From Podarcis gaigeae (Eukaryota), in NCBI GenBank assembly GCA_964106915.2, contig OZ066921.1: a stretch of DNA of 64,000 nucleotides; one strand, written 5' to 3'. Shown here one piece after another: positions 22,928 to 38,252 of this stretch; position 1 is the first letter of the stretch, and the number at the start of each line of letters is the position of its first letter. Both the position numbers and the translations under genes were made by a program. A model generated the notes under the pieces. The model searched no databases. It was given only the letters and a program-made list of their open reading frames with translations, and had not been told where the DNA came from.

Positions 22928-25900
22928 GGTACTCAGGGATAGGTGGGGAGTGACCTGGGGGTGGTTGTTGGCCTGTACAAAGCAGCCCTAAATCTTTGGC
23001 TTTCTTTAGCCTGTGCTTCTTGCACCTGAACATGACAGAAATCTGGGCTTGCGAGCTGCGGTCTCTGGGGCAATGAGCTCAGCATTTTCTGAAAGGCACA
23101 AACAAGAGTCTGGTGCCTCCAGAGAGCCTCTGCCCCCAAAGGCCCCCTGCTTATTTCCATTCCACGCTCTGTGCTGGCACGCTTCAGGGAGAAACGGTCT
23201 CTTCCCTGTTAAGGCCTAATATAGCAGCAGGTGTGCACTGGGACAAGCAGGGGAGGAAAGATACTCTGTTCACCAGGCTATATCTCACTGAATGGAAAAA
23301 TGGGCTAAGGCAGGTAGTTTTCTTCTAATCTCCTATGTCCCTTCACCAGGTATCCCACTTGAAATTCCACACTCTACTTAAATCCTGCAGCAATTTCTCC
23401 AGGTCCTTTGATGCAAACTAGATGCTGGAAGCTGCTTTATACCTGAGCAGACTATTCATCCATCTAGTCTGTATTGTTTAGTCTGACTGACAGTAGCTGT
23501 CCAGGATCTCAGATAGCAGCTCTTCCCATCTCCTGCTAGGGATGTTTGAGTATTCCAATGGAAATGGGAAGGCAAATTGCCAGTTCCCCTTACCCCAAAT
23601 TCCCCTGATCTGTTCCATGTCCAGAACAGGACTCCAACAAATGGGAATGTAGAAGCATAAAACACACCCAGGTTCAGTGCAGCAATCTAGGTAAAAAATT
23701 ATCAGACAAAACCAGCAACAATTTAAAACCCAGCACAACATCTTTAAGCAGATCTAGATATCAGGTCTAACTTATTTAAATCTGACCTTTAAGTCTCATG
23801 GGCAGCTGGTTGGCCACTGAGAGAACAGAGTTCTGAACTAGATGGGACTGAGTCATGATACAGCAGCGCTCTCTTAAAATCAGAGAGAAAGAGGAGCCAT
23901 ACAGGATGAAGTACCACAAATGTGGGGCTACCACTCAAAAGACCTTATCACTTGTGCCTCATCTGACTTTGATTGTACAAGCAGGACCTCTGCAACCATC
24001 CTTAAGGCCCAGGCGTAGGTTGCTATGTTGCTATATGCCCAGGCAAATGGGGACATTGTCTTGGTATCACAATCATGCTAGACCACATTAGAGGGGGAAA
24101 GCAACTTTTGATTGCAGTGCTTGATTCTTTTTCTTCTTCCACATTCCACTGCCTTGCACCCATCTTTTCCCAAGCGGCATACAAGGCACTGAGATGTAAA
24201 GAAACCAAGTGCAGAGACCAGGAGATACATAGCAATAACAAGATGATCTGGTTATTTTAAGGGTCCTCCCTTTGCAGCCAGGATCAAATGTACATCCTAA
24301 GCTTTTACTTTTAGTTTTAAACTGTCTTTTTGGTCAGGGGAAGGAGCACACAAAGTCCTACTGATCCAAAATCCACAATTGGTGTGATGAAATCTGTTGA
24401 GAAGGGGGAAAGGTCAAAATCAAAATCAAGCAATTTGACCAACAATTTTTTTAACTGTGCGTAGCCAGGGGGTGGGACAGGGAAAGGGCTGCCCTCTGTA
24501 AATATGCACATTCAGCAGTTCCCTGCAAGGTCCCTCAGCATTTAAAAGCAGCCAGCAGGGCAGATAATCTGCCTATTCTTCATTTAGAATTTCAACAAGC
24601 CTGTGTTTAAGGGTGAATTAGTGCTGGATATCTGCAGGATTCAGCTAAGAGGATAAGCCAGGCTGATAGTATGTGTGAACAACAGAGGATACCCAGCTCA
24701 GCCTGAGTAGTTACTAGATGAATCACTTATCCAGGGCACACTCTATAGGTCACTTAACATGAATTAACCACCAGTTTATTCATAGTCAAACATAGTTTTG
24801 CTGGATTTTTTTAAAAAAAATCTTTCTATATGCCAGAGCCAGCCCTAACACTAGGCAGAATGGGGTGACTCCTTCAGGTAGCAGATGCTGGGGAGACAGC
24901 AGTAGCATCCCTCTGAGCCTCCCAGCCATTGCCCTCTGATGGAGGACAGAGCTGTGCATGCCATACAGTCTGTCCTGGCCCTCCTAAAATAGCCTCCTGC
25001 CCTCAGGTGCAATGGAAGATATTATCCTGTCCTCAGTATTGAAGAAAGGTTCAGCTTATGCCTTAATAAATGTGTTACTTTTTGATGCAACAGCCTAACA
25101 TGTCTCTGGAAGTTACAACTGTATACCGCTGCATTACAAAGCTGGCAGGTATGTTTATGATGCTGGGTGGAATTAAAGACTTGGTTATCAGAAATTATAC
25201 CTGTATCCAAAACTGACAGGTATGCATTTTGTGACAAAAACCTTTTCCCTCTGATCAGAAAACAGAAAATATTATCTATCTTGACAGAGCAGGTGTAGGT
25301 TTCTAATGCTACACAGGCCCTAGGAAACACTATGGTGACTTTCTGAATTTTGTTCTGATAAATTTCTGGACTATACTGGTAATGCTTTGAGCATGTAAAT
25401 AGAAAAGTGTTTTACATTTATTGTTGTTGTTGTTGTTATTAGACTGAGATCCAAAATCCCAGGATCTGAACTACTGCTACAGACCAATTAGCTGACCCTG
25501 TTTTTGCCTATAATAGACAAACCAAATTTTCTTTTGGATCTGTGACAACCCACACAAACTGTACTCTCTGCTGCTTGTTCTTCGACCTGTTTGGCTGCAC
25601 TCTCTGCATCCCCATCAGTCACTATTCACTATTCATAGGTGAACCAAGAGCCCTCTCACATTTATTTCATTTGGGTTTGATTTTATATTGACATAGTGAG
25701 AATGCACTGCGTAGGAGGTAAGAGGGACTGTGCTGGGAAGAGGTTGCGGCTGGGTGTGGACAATGCATCCTGCCCCTAGATGGTGCTTGATTGAACAATA
25801 CAAAGAAATACGTGTCTGGTGCACTGAATGCCAACTACACTTCTGAAGGAAGAAGTTGGGAATCCATAAAGGTAGCAAGATGGAACAAATACAAGGTTCT

Positions 25901-26815
25901 CTCCAACATTCAGATAACAAGCAAGCAAGCAAGCAGCTAAACACACTATCAGTGTTAGAAACCTGCTGTGAAAGGGCAGCTCAGGCACATGGAAGCGTGA
26001 CTCTGATAACAGTCCAGCCCTATGTGTATACTAATACTCTAAATTACATGCTTCTGTGTTCAGTGGGGCTTGCTCCCAGCTAAGTGTGCATAGGATCGCA
26101 GCCTTAATTGTAGATTTGGGAAGCACCTCAACTGTCATCTAGTCAGTAGTGACTGGTGCCCAATGAGACTGGAGAGGCAGAAGACAGGGCCCATCAGTCA
26201 GTGGCACCAGAGACAGTGACAGACAGAGCCAAGTACTTCCACCATCCTCTTCTCTGCTGAGGAATCTGACATCCAGTGTCACCCCTAGACAAGATGTAAC
26301 TAGGAAAGCAGGCAAGTGGGAGCAAACCGAAGTTGGTGGGGCAATGCCCCATTTATCCTAATGGACCATCCATCACTGCATCTAGTCCAATCTGTTGCCG
26401 GTGTAGGACATCCACTACTCTATTCCCAGTGTAGCAGTTATACAATTTTAGACTTTGAACTACTGTATATGATCTTACATGGGTTGATGGGAGGCTGTTG
26501 TTTAGATGGTAATGTGTATTTTATCACTTCAAAATGTAGTAAGCCGCCCCTGCAATGTTTGTGGTGAGGGGTCCTCCTGCTCATTCTGCTGAATGAGGCC
26601 CTGGGCTTCTTGCCCCAAAGTCCAGCCATGATGACAACACTGTACAACATCCCTGATAGGGTAGAAGGGCGTTTTGTAAAAGTCTCCTGAGATGTCAATA
26701 AAGTTCTTCTTCATGTTCAGTCAAAATATCCTTTCTTGTCATTTGAACCCCTTGGTTCAGGTTCAGCTTTCTGGAGCTACAGAAAACAACTCATTATTAC
26801 CTCACTAACATGCAG

Positions 26816-27830
26816 AAGAACTGAAGAAGAGCCTGCTGGATCAGGCCAACGGTCCATTTAATCCAACATCCTGTGGTCACAGGTGCCTAGGAGAAGCCCA
26901 CAAGCAGAACTCAAGCACAAGAGCACTCTCCCTCCTGTGGTTTCCCACAAATGGTGATCAGAAGCATAGAACCTTGGAAACAGAGTGTGACCATCATGGC
27001 CAGCAGCCGTTGATATCATTTGCCTCCGAATCCTCTTTTAAAGCCATCCAAGCTAGTGCCCATCACTGCGTCCTGTGGGCGTGAGTTCCACGGTGTAACT
27101 TTGCACTGTGGGAAGAAGCATTTTCTTTCGACTGCCCTGAGTACTTCAGCATTCAGCTTCACTGCATGTCCACAATTTCAAGGGCTGCGAGAGAGGAAGG
27201 AAAACTTTCCGCCGCCCACTTTCTCCACGCCACACATCATTTTATACACCTCTATTGTTTTGCCTCTTCCTTGCTTTTTCTCTAAATGGGTTCAGCCGCT
27301 GCAACCTTTCCTCACAGGGAAGTTACTCCATCCCCTTGATCATTCTTACTTGCCCTTTTCTAGCTCTGCAATATCTTTTCTCAGGTGAGGAGACCAGAAC
27401 AACACAGAATATTCCAAGTGCAGTTGCATCATAGTTTTGTATAACAGCATTAGGATATTGGCAGTTTTGTTTTCAATTCCTTTCCTTATGATCTCCAGCA
27501 AGAAAGTTGTCTCTTTTTTACAGTTGTTTCTCGGGTTAAGAACTTAATTCGTTCCGGAGGTCCATTCTTAACCTGAAACTGTTCTTAACCTGAAGCACCA
27601 CTTTAGCTAATGGGGCCTCCTGCTGCTGCCACACCGGCGGAGCATGATTTCTGTTCTCATCCTGAAGCAAAGTTCTTAACCCAAGGTAATATTTCTGGGT
27701 CAGCGGAGTCTGTAACCTGAAGCGTCTGTAACCTGAAGCATATGTAACCCGAGGTACCACTGTATATAGCTGGGTTAACGTTTTCATTGCGCTATCCACT
27801 ACAAGCTCATTTCTGGTCAGCCACCATCAA
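26816..27830 (-). mobile_element. CR1 LINE 3' fragment (antisense) with nested MITE (duplicated at 36696-37710)
   Basis: Same family as 3936-4640 (gaagagcctgctggatcaggccaa...; cagaatattccaagtg). Interrupted by a family-A MITE at 27521-27762. Confidence 0.7.
27521..27762. mobile_element. Family-A Tc1/mariner MITE
   Basis: Close copy of 15685-15926, TA-flanked; right TIR TAACCCGAGGTACCACTG. Confidence 0.88.
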
Positions 27831-28327
27831 TTCAGACTCCATTTTTTTTTGTCTGGATGAGCCTTCAGACACAGGATCCTCCTCTCTTCCATGAGCCATG
27901 GTACAGTCCAGGCACAGGCTGACCAGCGAGAGAGAACTAAGCTTAAGAGGCTAGGCTGCAAACCAGGAGAGTCCTTAGGTTCTGCCAGAATTAAGATTCT
28001 GGGTCAATATGAAAAGTTGTAAACTCTGGGTTTCATTTAACACTTTATGTACAATTTAAAAATTGCATTATATTATTGTCTTGTGAACCACCCTGTAACT
28101 GCATGAAGGGCAATCCATAAATTAAATTAATCAAATAAATAAATAAATGCCATTTATCTTGGTGGGCAGATGATCATTTTAAGGTTGACCCTAATTTTTA
28201 CAATGTTCCTATCTGCTGAGTCTATTTCTATTTATATGCTCTTGTTTTATTGTGTTCATGGGATTGCTTCATTTTTAATTGCTTTAAGCAATTTAGATGC
28301 ATTGGGAAGGGTATATGATTTTTAAAC

Positions 28328-28329
28328 AA

Positions 28330-28372
<43 letters not shown>

Positions 28373-28373
28373 A
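28328..28373. repeat. (AAAT)n microsatellite (same length in the duplicate at 38208-38253)
   Basis: Directly visible. Confidence 0.9.
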
Positions 28374-29656
28374 GTCAAAGACCTGGAAAGAGCAAGTTTC
28401 TGGCTTGGAGCTGTCCAAGGTCCTGTGATTTGAGCCCTACCTGGGCTGACTATTCCAGAGGTGGACAGAAGGTACATCAGCTTTTGCTTGTAGATCTCTG
28501 GGTGATTTGCAACTAGACTATAGCAAGGGTTTCTGAGTTTCAGTTGCTGTTAACAAAATTGTTCTCAACAAAATGACTTTTCCCACTTAAATTAGGTGGT
28601 TGAAATTAAAAGGTGTGTGAGTAACCAGGAATAGACTGCTGTGTAAAAGGACTGTGGTTTGTAGCCAACTTTTAGTTAGAGTAGACACATTAACATTCAT
28701 AAATGTAAGTTAGTTACATAATAAATGTAAGTTAGTGGGCACAATGACTACAATCTTGTGAGCTCAATTCAGTTATGATACTGGGGGAAAAACTTCTAGG
28801 CTCAGAATACTCTGGCTGACAGACCTCTGGTCTTCTCCTGTGGAAACATGTGCTCTGCCACTGAGCTACGGCCTTTCTGCTATCAGACACAAATTCAAGC
28901 TGCAAGTTCTCCATCCTTAACTAAAAGCATGAAAACCACCCATTTGCTCTTGATCTTAAAGTAGACCTGCCAAATCTGAAGTCTGCCCACCTCTGGACTA
29001 TTGCCAGTCTTAGCCACCTCTCATGCCCTGTCCCACCTGTAGCCAGGACATAATAGTTCACACGGACTAGCAGAATTAGCACAGGAGGAAACTTCAGGGC
29101 GAGGGTGTTGTGGGGCTCAAGCAGGGTTTTGTGCTCAAGCCTGTTTGCTTTGGCCTGTGCCACTCACAGTAATCCTCATATTGCCCAGTCAACTATGTGG
29201 ACTAGCACAGGTTTGAACAGTCCACTTGTGGCTTGTGGGAAATACTATTCTCCCACACTCTCCTTTCCTCTGACACTTAGGCTGTGTGCATGGTATATTT
29301 TTAAAGCACACTTTGAACACATTATTTCCCTCAAAGAATTCTGGGCACTGTGGCATGTTAAGGATTGCTGGGAACTGTAATTCTGTGAGGGGTAAGCTTG
29401 AGCGCCCATAATTCTTTGAGGGAAAGAATGCATTTCAAACGTGCTTTAAAGGTATAGTGAGGACATCCTCCATCTGAAATTACCCTTCTAGAGACACCAT
29501 CAGGGGGTGGAAGAGAATGTGGTGGAGGCAACTGGACTAAGAGGGCAGCAAAAGCAATATAGACAGAGGCTGAAGCTTAGGAAATTCCCAGCCTGGATTT
29601 AGCTTCCATTCTCAGCCATCATTTGTTACCTGTGTGCGCACACAAATGAATTCACC

Positions 29657-32600
29657 CATGCTAGGAACATAGGAAGCTGCCTTGTACTATTGGTCCATCT
29701 AGCTCATTATTGCCCACACTGGCTGGCAGCAGCTCTCCAGGGTTTCAGCTAGGGAGTCTCCCTCAGCCCTCACTGGAGATGCTGAGGATGGAACCTGGGA
29801 CCTTCTGCATGCAAAGCAGATGCTCGCCCTCTGAGCCATGGTCCTTCCCCATCCTGTACCACCCAGGAAACTCTGCCTAGGGGTAATATCTCAAAGCCAC
29901 CGCCTCCCTGCTTCCTTATTCCAGTAAGAAAGGCATCAGTACACCCAGCTGCTTACAGCATCCTTGCCGAGTGACTAGTGTCCCCAAGAGTGCCAAAGGT
30001 AATGTGTCTGGATGTGACATGACATCAGCACTCTTGTCCTAGCCTTCCCCCATCCTGCAGCACTCTGTGTACCTGATCGAGTGGGAGCACAGCTGTCGCC
30101 GGTGAGCTTGGACACCTTAGGGATCTATACTGGCTGCAGGTGGGTGCTACAGTATACTTATTTGGGAATTATATAATTCTCTGCCCTAGAAGTTCAAGCC
30201 CTCCAGGTTACCCTTTGCATGGATAACAGCAGTCACTTAAGTTTCATCTGCTGTCTACTTCTCTGCAGGGTTTTTGACATCTTATGCCTCCAAAGTACAG
30301 CATTTCCCCATGGGTAGGTCATTTCCCAGCCCAGTGCCCTTCGAGACATGCTTTCCACCCACCAGGATCAGCTGGCAGGGAAGCTGGTTTGGACCTGATG
30401 ATAAACGGAGCACCCTCCACCAACTCTTTTGCCAGTGAGAGGGGGTCTGTGGCAGCCTTCCTCAACCTGGTGCTCTCCAGATATTTAGGGGTGACGATGC
30501 CATCAGCCCTGATGGGAGTTGTGGTTCAAAACAGCCGGAGGGCACCAGGTTGGGGAAGGGGTAGTAGATGCTCTTGCCATTCACAAGGTCATATCCTGAA
30601 TATACATCTGCGCTATTCTTTTCCTTGTGGAGAGGGGCTTTTTGGAGGTAGGCGTGTTTTGTCCCATTTGGCTCGAGAGCACTTTCCTAAAGGGGGTGTC
30701 CAGGGCTGCCTTGCCTGTGCAGCCCAGTCTCAGTTCAGAGATCCCCTCTGTTCCCAGCACACAGGTATCTGTTGGCCAAGACGTGGAACGACAAATGTGT
30801 AAGCAATGGAAGTCCTGGGCCTCCCTTTTTGCTGGTGTCAGCTGTTCAAATGTATCTATATATTTATATTAAAAGGCACTTTTACATTTCTCTTGCCTTG
30901 TCCTGTGTGGTGGCTTTTGCCGTTCCTGCAGGGTGCTGCTGCCGGGAGCCTTTCTGCCTGTCGTGTCTTGTGATCCAGATCGCACTTAACTTGGAAGAAG
31001 TCAGCGTTTGGGGGTAAATGAGCTCAGAGAACCGCAACATAAGGGGACCCCATGCCTCCTGGAGTGAGAGCTGTCTTCCCTGGCCTTTTTTAAAAAATAC
31101 ATTTTTGTTCCAAGGATATCAAACCTCCAAAAGTTTTTATTGTTCAGGCACACCATCCTCTTTATATATGCTAGTAGCAATCTTGCTTCTGAGTGCCAGT
31201 CCTTTATAAAGTACGCGGCTTCTTCCCAAGAATCCTGGGAACCATAGTGTACCCCTCACAGTTTGCCTGCAATTCCCAGCGCCCTTTAACAAACTCCAGT
31301 GCCTAGAGTTGTTGGAGCAAGGTGTGTGCTTTAACTCTGTGGTGTGTCTGCAGCAATGTACGCTGGATATATGCATTCTGGTGTTGGATGGGGGGAGTGG
31401 GAGGGGAGGAGAGAGGGTGTGCTAACTGGCACATGTTTCCCCCCATTAAGGGTATTAACAGCTTTGCTTGGATTTCAGCTCTGTGTTCCCAGCGCTGCTT
31501 GCCCATAATGTAATTAATCTGCCTTTTTGCTTAAAGCCTCTCCTGAGCCCTCGACACCCACCTCTGTTTCTAGCCCAATTAAGCCCTTCCACAGCATGGC
31601 TGCAGTTCTGATACATCTCCTGGCACCCTCTACGCATTTGCCGCATGCCCAGGGCATGCAGGTACAATGGCTGCTTCCAACCTTGGGTCAAACATCCGCC
31701 GCTATGGCACAGATCTTGCTCGTTATTCAGTTTTCAAATGTCTCTTTCTTTTGTTATTTTTCTTGAATGGGCCAAATCCTAGCTGGATTGGACAGTCAGC
31801 TTCTGCTCAGGCCAGATCCTCTAAACTACTTTAATCACTTGAGGCACTGATTCTGCACGGGAAATTGTTGCTGTTTTACCCCCCTGGGCCTTTCTCCTGT
31901 GATGATACCTAAAGATGGTTGGGCTATGTTGAGGAGGTGGGAAACAGAAGTTAAACGTTATGGTTAGAATGATGAAGGAAACCTGAGTCCACGTCAGACG
32001 CTTCCACTACTTGGTTCCTGCATTTCAGATACAGGACTGTGCACTGAAATAAAGTTCAGTAGTCAATGACAGAAGAGGAGAAAGGTATGCATGGCAGTGA
32101 ATAGAGGCAAGTTTTTCTCCCTCTCCCATAACGCTAGAACTTATGGACATCAAATGAAGCTGAAGATTAAGGCAGACCAAAGACAGTAACAGCACATAGT
32201 TAAACTGGAAATGGCTCCTGCAGGAAGCAGCGTTGGTCACCAATGTAATTGGTGTGGGTGACTTTAAAAAAGGATTAGGCATGTTAATGTCAATGGCTAT
32301 CGGCTACTAGCCATGATGACTGTGCTTTACCTCCACTGTCGGAGGCAAGGTGCCTGTGATTGTCACAAGTGAGGAAAGTGCTGTTGCGTTTTGTCCTGCT
32401 TTGAGGTTTCCCAGAAGCCTCAGATTGGTCAGTGCAAGAGCAGGATGCAGGACAAGATGGGCCTTTGGCCTGATCCAGCAGGGCTCCTATATTCTGCTAG
32501 ATAAATGGGTTGCATAATGTCAAGGCTCCAAAGCTTCATCCTTGTGCTTTCTACAATGTTGGTTGAAGGATTTTAAGAGCTGCAGTGGTTGCTGAGTTGT

Positions 32601-35600
32601 AGCAGGAGTGTGCCAATGCAGTGCTGTGCCCCGACACTTGTCAAGGTGTTCCGTGTGCTGGAAGCTGTTTAGTCACGCTGGCCACATGACCTGGAAAAAC
32701 TCTGCAGACACATACTGGCTCCTTTGGCCTGAAAGCAGAGATGAGCACCATTCCCCACAGTCCAATTCAACTGGACTTAACTGTCCAGGGATCCTTTACC
32801 TTTACCTGGTACTCAGGGATAGGTGGGGAGTGACCTGGGGGTGGTTGTTGGCCTGTACAAAGCAGCCCTAAATCTTTGGCTTTCTTTAGCCTGTGCTTCT
32901 TGCACCTGAACATGACAGAAATCTGGGCTTGCGAGCTGCGGTCTCTGGGGCAATGAGCTCAGCATTTTCTGAAAGGCACAAACAAGAGTCTGGTGCCTCC
33001 AGAGAGCCTCTGCCCCCAAAGGCCCCCTGCTTATTTCCATTCCACGCTCTGTGCTGGCACGCTTCAGGGAGAAACGGTCTCTTCCCTGTTAAGGCCTAAT
33101 ATAGCAGCAGGTGTGCACTGGGACAAGCAGGGGAGGAAAGATACTCTGTTCACCAGGCTATATCTCACTGAATGGAAAAATGGGCTAAGGCAGGTAGTTT
33201 TCTTCTAATCTCCTATGTCCCTTCACCAGGTATCCCACTTGAAATTCCACACTCTACTTAAATCCTGCAGCAATTTCTCCAGGTCCTTTGATGCAAACTA
33301 GATGCTGGAAGCTGCTTTATACCTGAGCAGACTATTCATCCATCTAGTCTGTATTGTTTAGTCTGACTGACAGTAGCTGTCCAGGATCTCAGATAGCAGC
33401 TCTTCCCATCTCCTGCTAGGGATGTTTGAGTATTCCAATGGAAATGGGAAGGCAAATTGCCAGTTCCCCTTACCCCAAATTCCCCTGATCTGTTCCATGT
33501 CCAGAACAGGACTCCAACAAATGGGAATGTAGAAGCATAAAACACACCCAGGTTCAGTGCAGCAATCTAGGTAAAAAATTATCAGACAAAACCAGCAACA
33601 ATTTAAAACCCAGCACAACATCTTTAAGCAGATCTAGATATCAGGTCTAACTTATTTAAATCTGACCTTTAAGTCTCATGGGCAGCTGGTTGGCCACTGA
33701 GAGAACAGAGTTCTGAACTAGATGGGACTGAGTCATGATACAGCAGCGCTCTCTTAAAATCAGAGAGAAAGAGGAGCCATACAGGATGAAGTACCACAAA
33801 TGTGGGGCTACCACTCAAAAGACCTTATCACTTGTGCCTCATCTGACTTTGATTGTACAAGCAGGACCTCTGCAACCATCCTTAAGGCCCAGGCGTAGGT
33901 TGCTATGTTGCTATATGCCCAGGCAAATGGGGACATTGTCTTGGTATCACAATCATGCTAGACCACATTAGAGGGGGAAAGCAACTTTTGATTGCAGTGC
34001 TTGATTCTTTTTCTTCTTCCACATTCCACTGCCTTGCACCCATCTTTTCCCAAGCGGCATACAAGGCACTGAGATGTAAAGAAACCAAGTGCAGAGACCA
34101 GGAGATACATAGCAATAACAAGATGATCTGGTTATTTTAAGGGTCCTCCCTTTGCAGCCAGGATCAAATGTACATCCTAAGCTTTTACTTTTAGTTTTAA
34201 ACTGTCTTTTTGGTCAGGGGAAGGAGCACACAAAGTCCTACTGATCCAAAATCCACAATTGGTGTGATGAAATCTGTTGAGAAGGGGGAAAGGTCAAAAT
34301 CAAAATCAAGCAATTTGACCAACAATTTTTTTAACTGTGCGTAGCCAGGGGGTGGGACAGGGAAAGGGCTGCCCTCTGTAAATATGCACATTCAGCAGTT
34401 CCCTGCAAGGTCCCTCAGCATTTAAAAGCAGCCAGCAGGGCAGATAATCTGCCTATTCTTCATTTAGAATTTCAACAAGCCTGTGTTTAAGGGTGAATTA
34501 GTGCTGGATATCTGCAGGATTCAGCTAAGAGGATAAGCCAGGCTGATAGTATGTGTGAACAACAGAGGATACCCAGCTCAGCCTGAGTAGTTACTAGATG
34601 AATCACTTATCCAGGGCACACTCTATAGGTCACTTAACATGAATTAACCACCAGTTTATTCATAGTCAAACATAGTTTTGCTGGATTTTTTTAAAAAAAA
34701 TCTTTCTATATGCCAGAGCCAGCCCTAACACTAGGCAGAATGGGGTGACTCCTTCAGGTAGCAGATGCTGGGGAGACAGCAGTAGCATCCCTCTGAGCCT
34801 CCCAGCCATTGCCCTCTGATGGAGGACAGAGCTGTGCATGCCATACAGTCTGTCCTGGCCCTCCTAAAATAGCCTCCTGCCCTCAGGTGCAATGGAAGAT
34901 ATTATCCTGTCCTCAGTATTGAAGAAAGGTTCAGCTTATGCCTTAATAAATGTGTTACTTTTTGATGCAACAGCCTAACATGTCTCTGGAAGTTACAACT
35001 GTATACCGCTGCATTACAAAGCTGGCAGGTATGTTTATGATGCTGGGTGGAATTAAAGACTTGGTTATCAGAAATTATACCTGTATCCAAAACTGACAGG
35101 TATGCATTTTGTGACAAAAACCTTTTCCCTCTGATCAGAAAACAGAAAATATTATCTATCTTGACAGAGCAGGTGTAGGTTTCTAATGCTACACAGGCCC
35201 TAGGAAACACTATGGTGACTTTCTGAATTTTGTTCTGATAAATTTCTGGACTATACTGGTAATGCTTTGAGCATGTAAATAGAAAAGTGTTTTACATTTA
35301 TTGTTGTTGTTGTTGTTATTAGACTGAGATCCAAAATCCCAGGATCTGAACTACTGCTACAGACCAATTAGCTGACCCTGTTTTTGCCTATAATAGACAA
35401 ACCAAATTTTCTTTTGGATCTGTGACAACCCACACAAACTGTACTCTCTGCTGCTTGTTCTTCGACCTGTTTGGCTGCACTCTCTGCATCCCCATCAGTC
35501 ACTATTCACTATTCATAGGTGAACCAAGAGCCCTCTCACATTTATTTCATTTGGGTTTGATTTTATATTGACATAGTGAGAATGCACTGCGTAGGAGGTA

Positions 35601-38209
35601 AGAGGGACTGTGCTGGGAAGAGGTTGCGGCTGGGTGTGGACAATGCATCCTGCCCCTAGATGGTGCTTGATTGAACAATACAAAGAAATACGTGTCTGGT
35701 GCACTGAATGCCAACTACACTTCTGAAGGAAGAAGTTGGGAATCCATAAAGGTAGCAAGATGGAACAAATACAAGGTTCTCTCCAACATTCAGATAACAA
35801 GCAAGCAAGCAAGCAGCTAAACACACTATCAGTGTTAGAAACCTGCTGTGAAAGGGCAGCTCAGGCACATGGAAGCGTGACTCTGATAACAGTCCAGCCC
35901 TATGTGTATACTAATACTCTAAATTACATGCTTCTGTGTTCAGTGGGGCTTGCTCCCAGCTAAGTGTGCATAGGATCGCAGCCTTAATTGTAGATTTGGG
36001 AAGCACCTCAACTGTCATCTAGTCAGTAGTGACTGGTGCCCAATGAGACTGGAGAGGCAGAAGACAGGGCCCATCAGTCAGTGGCACCAGAGACAGTGAC
36101 AGACAGAGCCAAGTACTTCCACCATCCTCTTCTCTGCTGAGGAATCTGACATCCAGTGTCACCCCTAGACAAGATGTAACTAGGAAAGCAGGCAAGTGGG
36201 AGCAAACCGAAGTTGGTGGGGCAATGCCCCATTTATCCTAATGGACCATCCATCACTGCATCTAGTCCAATCTGTTGCCGGTGTAGGACATCCACTACTC
36301 TATTCCCAGTGTAGCAGTTATACAATTTTAGACTTTGAACTACTGTATATGATCTTACATGGGTTGATGGGAGGCTGTTGTTTAGATGGTAATGTGTATT
36401 TTATCACTTCAAAATGTAGTAAGCCGCCCCTGCAATGTTTGTGGTGAGGGGTCCTCCTGCTCATTCTGCTGAATGAGGCCCTGGGCTTCTTGCCCCAAAG
36501 TCCAGCCATGATGACAACACTGTACAACATCCCTGATAGGGTAGAAGGGCGTTTTGTAAAAGTCTCCTGAGATGTCAATAAAGTTCTTCTTCATGTTCAG
36601 TCAAAATATCCTTTCTTGTCATTTGAACCCCTTGGTTCAGGTTCAGCTTTCTGGAGCTACAGAAAACAACTCATTATTACCTCACTAACATGCAGAAGAA
36701 CTGAAGAAGAGCCTGCTGGATCAGGCCAACGGTCCATTTAATCCAACATCCTGTGGTCACAGGTGCCTAGGAGAAGCCCACAAGCAGAACTCAAGCACAA
36801 GAGCACTCTCCCTCCTGTGGTTTCCCACAAATGGTGATCAGAAGCATAGAACCTTGGAAACAGAGTGTGACCATCATGGCCAGCAGCCGTTGATATCATT
36901 TGCCTCCGAATCCTCTTTTAAAGCCATCCAAGCTAGTGCCCATCACTGCGTCCTGTGGGCGTGAGTTCCACGGTGTAACTTTGCACTGTGGGAAGAAGCA
37001 TTTTCTTTCGACTGCCCTGAGTACTTCAGCATTCAGCTTCACTGCATGTCCACAATTTCAAGGGCTGCGAGAGAGGAAGGAAAACTTTCCGCCGCCCACT
37101 TTCTCCACGCCACACATCATTTTATACACCTCTATTGTTTTGCCTCTTCCTTGCTTTTTCTCTAAATGGGTTCAGCCGCTGCAACCTTTCCTCACAGGGA
37201 AGTTACTCCATCCCCTTGATCATTCTTACTTGCCCTTTTCTAGCTCTGCAATATCTTTTCTCAGGTGAGGAGACCAGAACAACACAGAATATTCCAAGTG
37301 CAGTTGCATCATAGTTTTGTATAACAGCATTAGGATATTGGCAGTTTTGTTTTCAATTCCTTTCCTTATGATCTCCAGCAAGAAAGTTGTCTCTTTTTTA
37401 CAGTTGTTTCTCGGGTTAAGAACTTAATTCGTTCCGGAGGTCCATTCTTAACCTGAAACTGTTCTTAACCTGAAGCACCACTTTAGCTAATGGGGCCTCC
37501 TGCTGCTGCCACACCGGCGGAGCATGATTTCTGTTCTCATCCTGAAGCAAAGTTCTTAACCCAAGGTAATATTTCTGGGTCAGCGGAGTCTGTAACCTGA
37601 AGCGTCTGTAACCTGAAGCATATGTAACCCGAGGTACCACTGTATATAGCTGGGTTAACGTTTTCATTGCGCTATCCACTACAAGCTCATTTCTGGTCAG
37701 CCACCATCAATTCAGACTCCATTTTTTTTTGTCTGGATGAGCCTTCAGACACAGGATCCTCCTCTCTTCCATGAGCCATGGTACAGTCCAGGCACAGGCT
37801 GACCAGCGAGAGAGAACTAAGCTTAAGAGGCTAGGCTGCAAACCAGGAGAGTCCTTAGGTTCTGCCAGAATTAAGATTCTGGGTCAATATGAAAAGTTGT
37901 AAACTCTGGGTTTCATTTAACACTTTATGTACAATTTAAAAATTGCATTATATTATTGTCTTGTGAACCACCCTGTAACTGCATGAAGGGCAATCCATAA
38001 ATTAAATTAATCAAATAAATAAATAAATGCCATTTATCTTGGTGGGCAGATGATCATTTTAAGGTTGACCCTAATTTTTACAATGTTCCTATCTGCTGAG
38101 TCTATTTCTATTTATATGCTCTTGTTTTATTGTGTTCATGGGATTGCTTCATTTTTAATTGCTTTAAGCAATTTAGATGCATTGGGAAGGGTATATGATT
38201 TTTAAACAA

Positions 38210-38252
<43 letters not shown>

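Larger units (their letters stand above)
19777..29656 (+). repeat. Tandem segmental duplication, copy 1 (9,880 bp)
   Basis: Every ORF from 20404 to 29433 recurs identically at +9880. The match begins at catgctaggaac (19777/29657). Confidence 0.97.
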
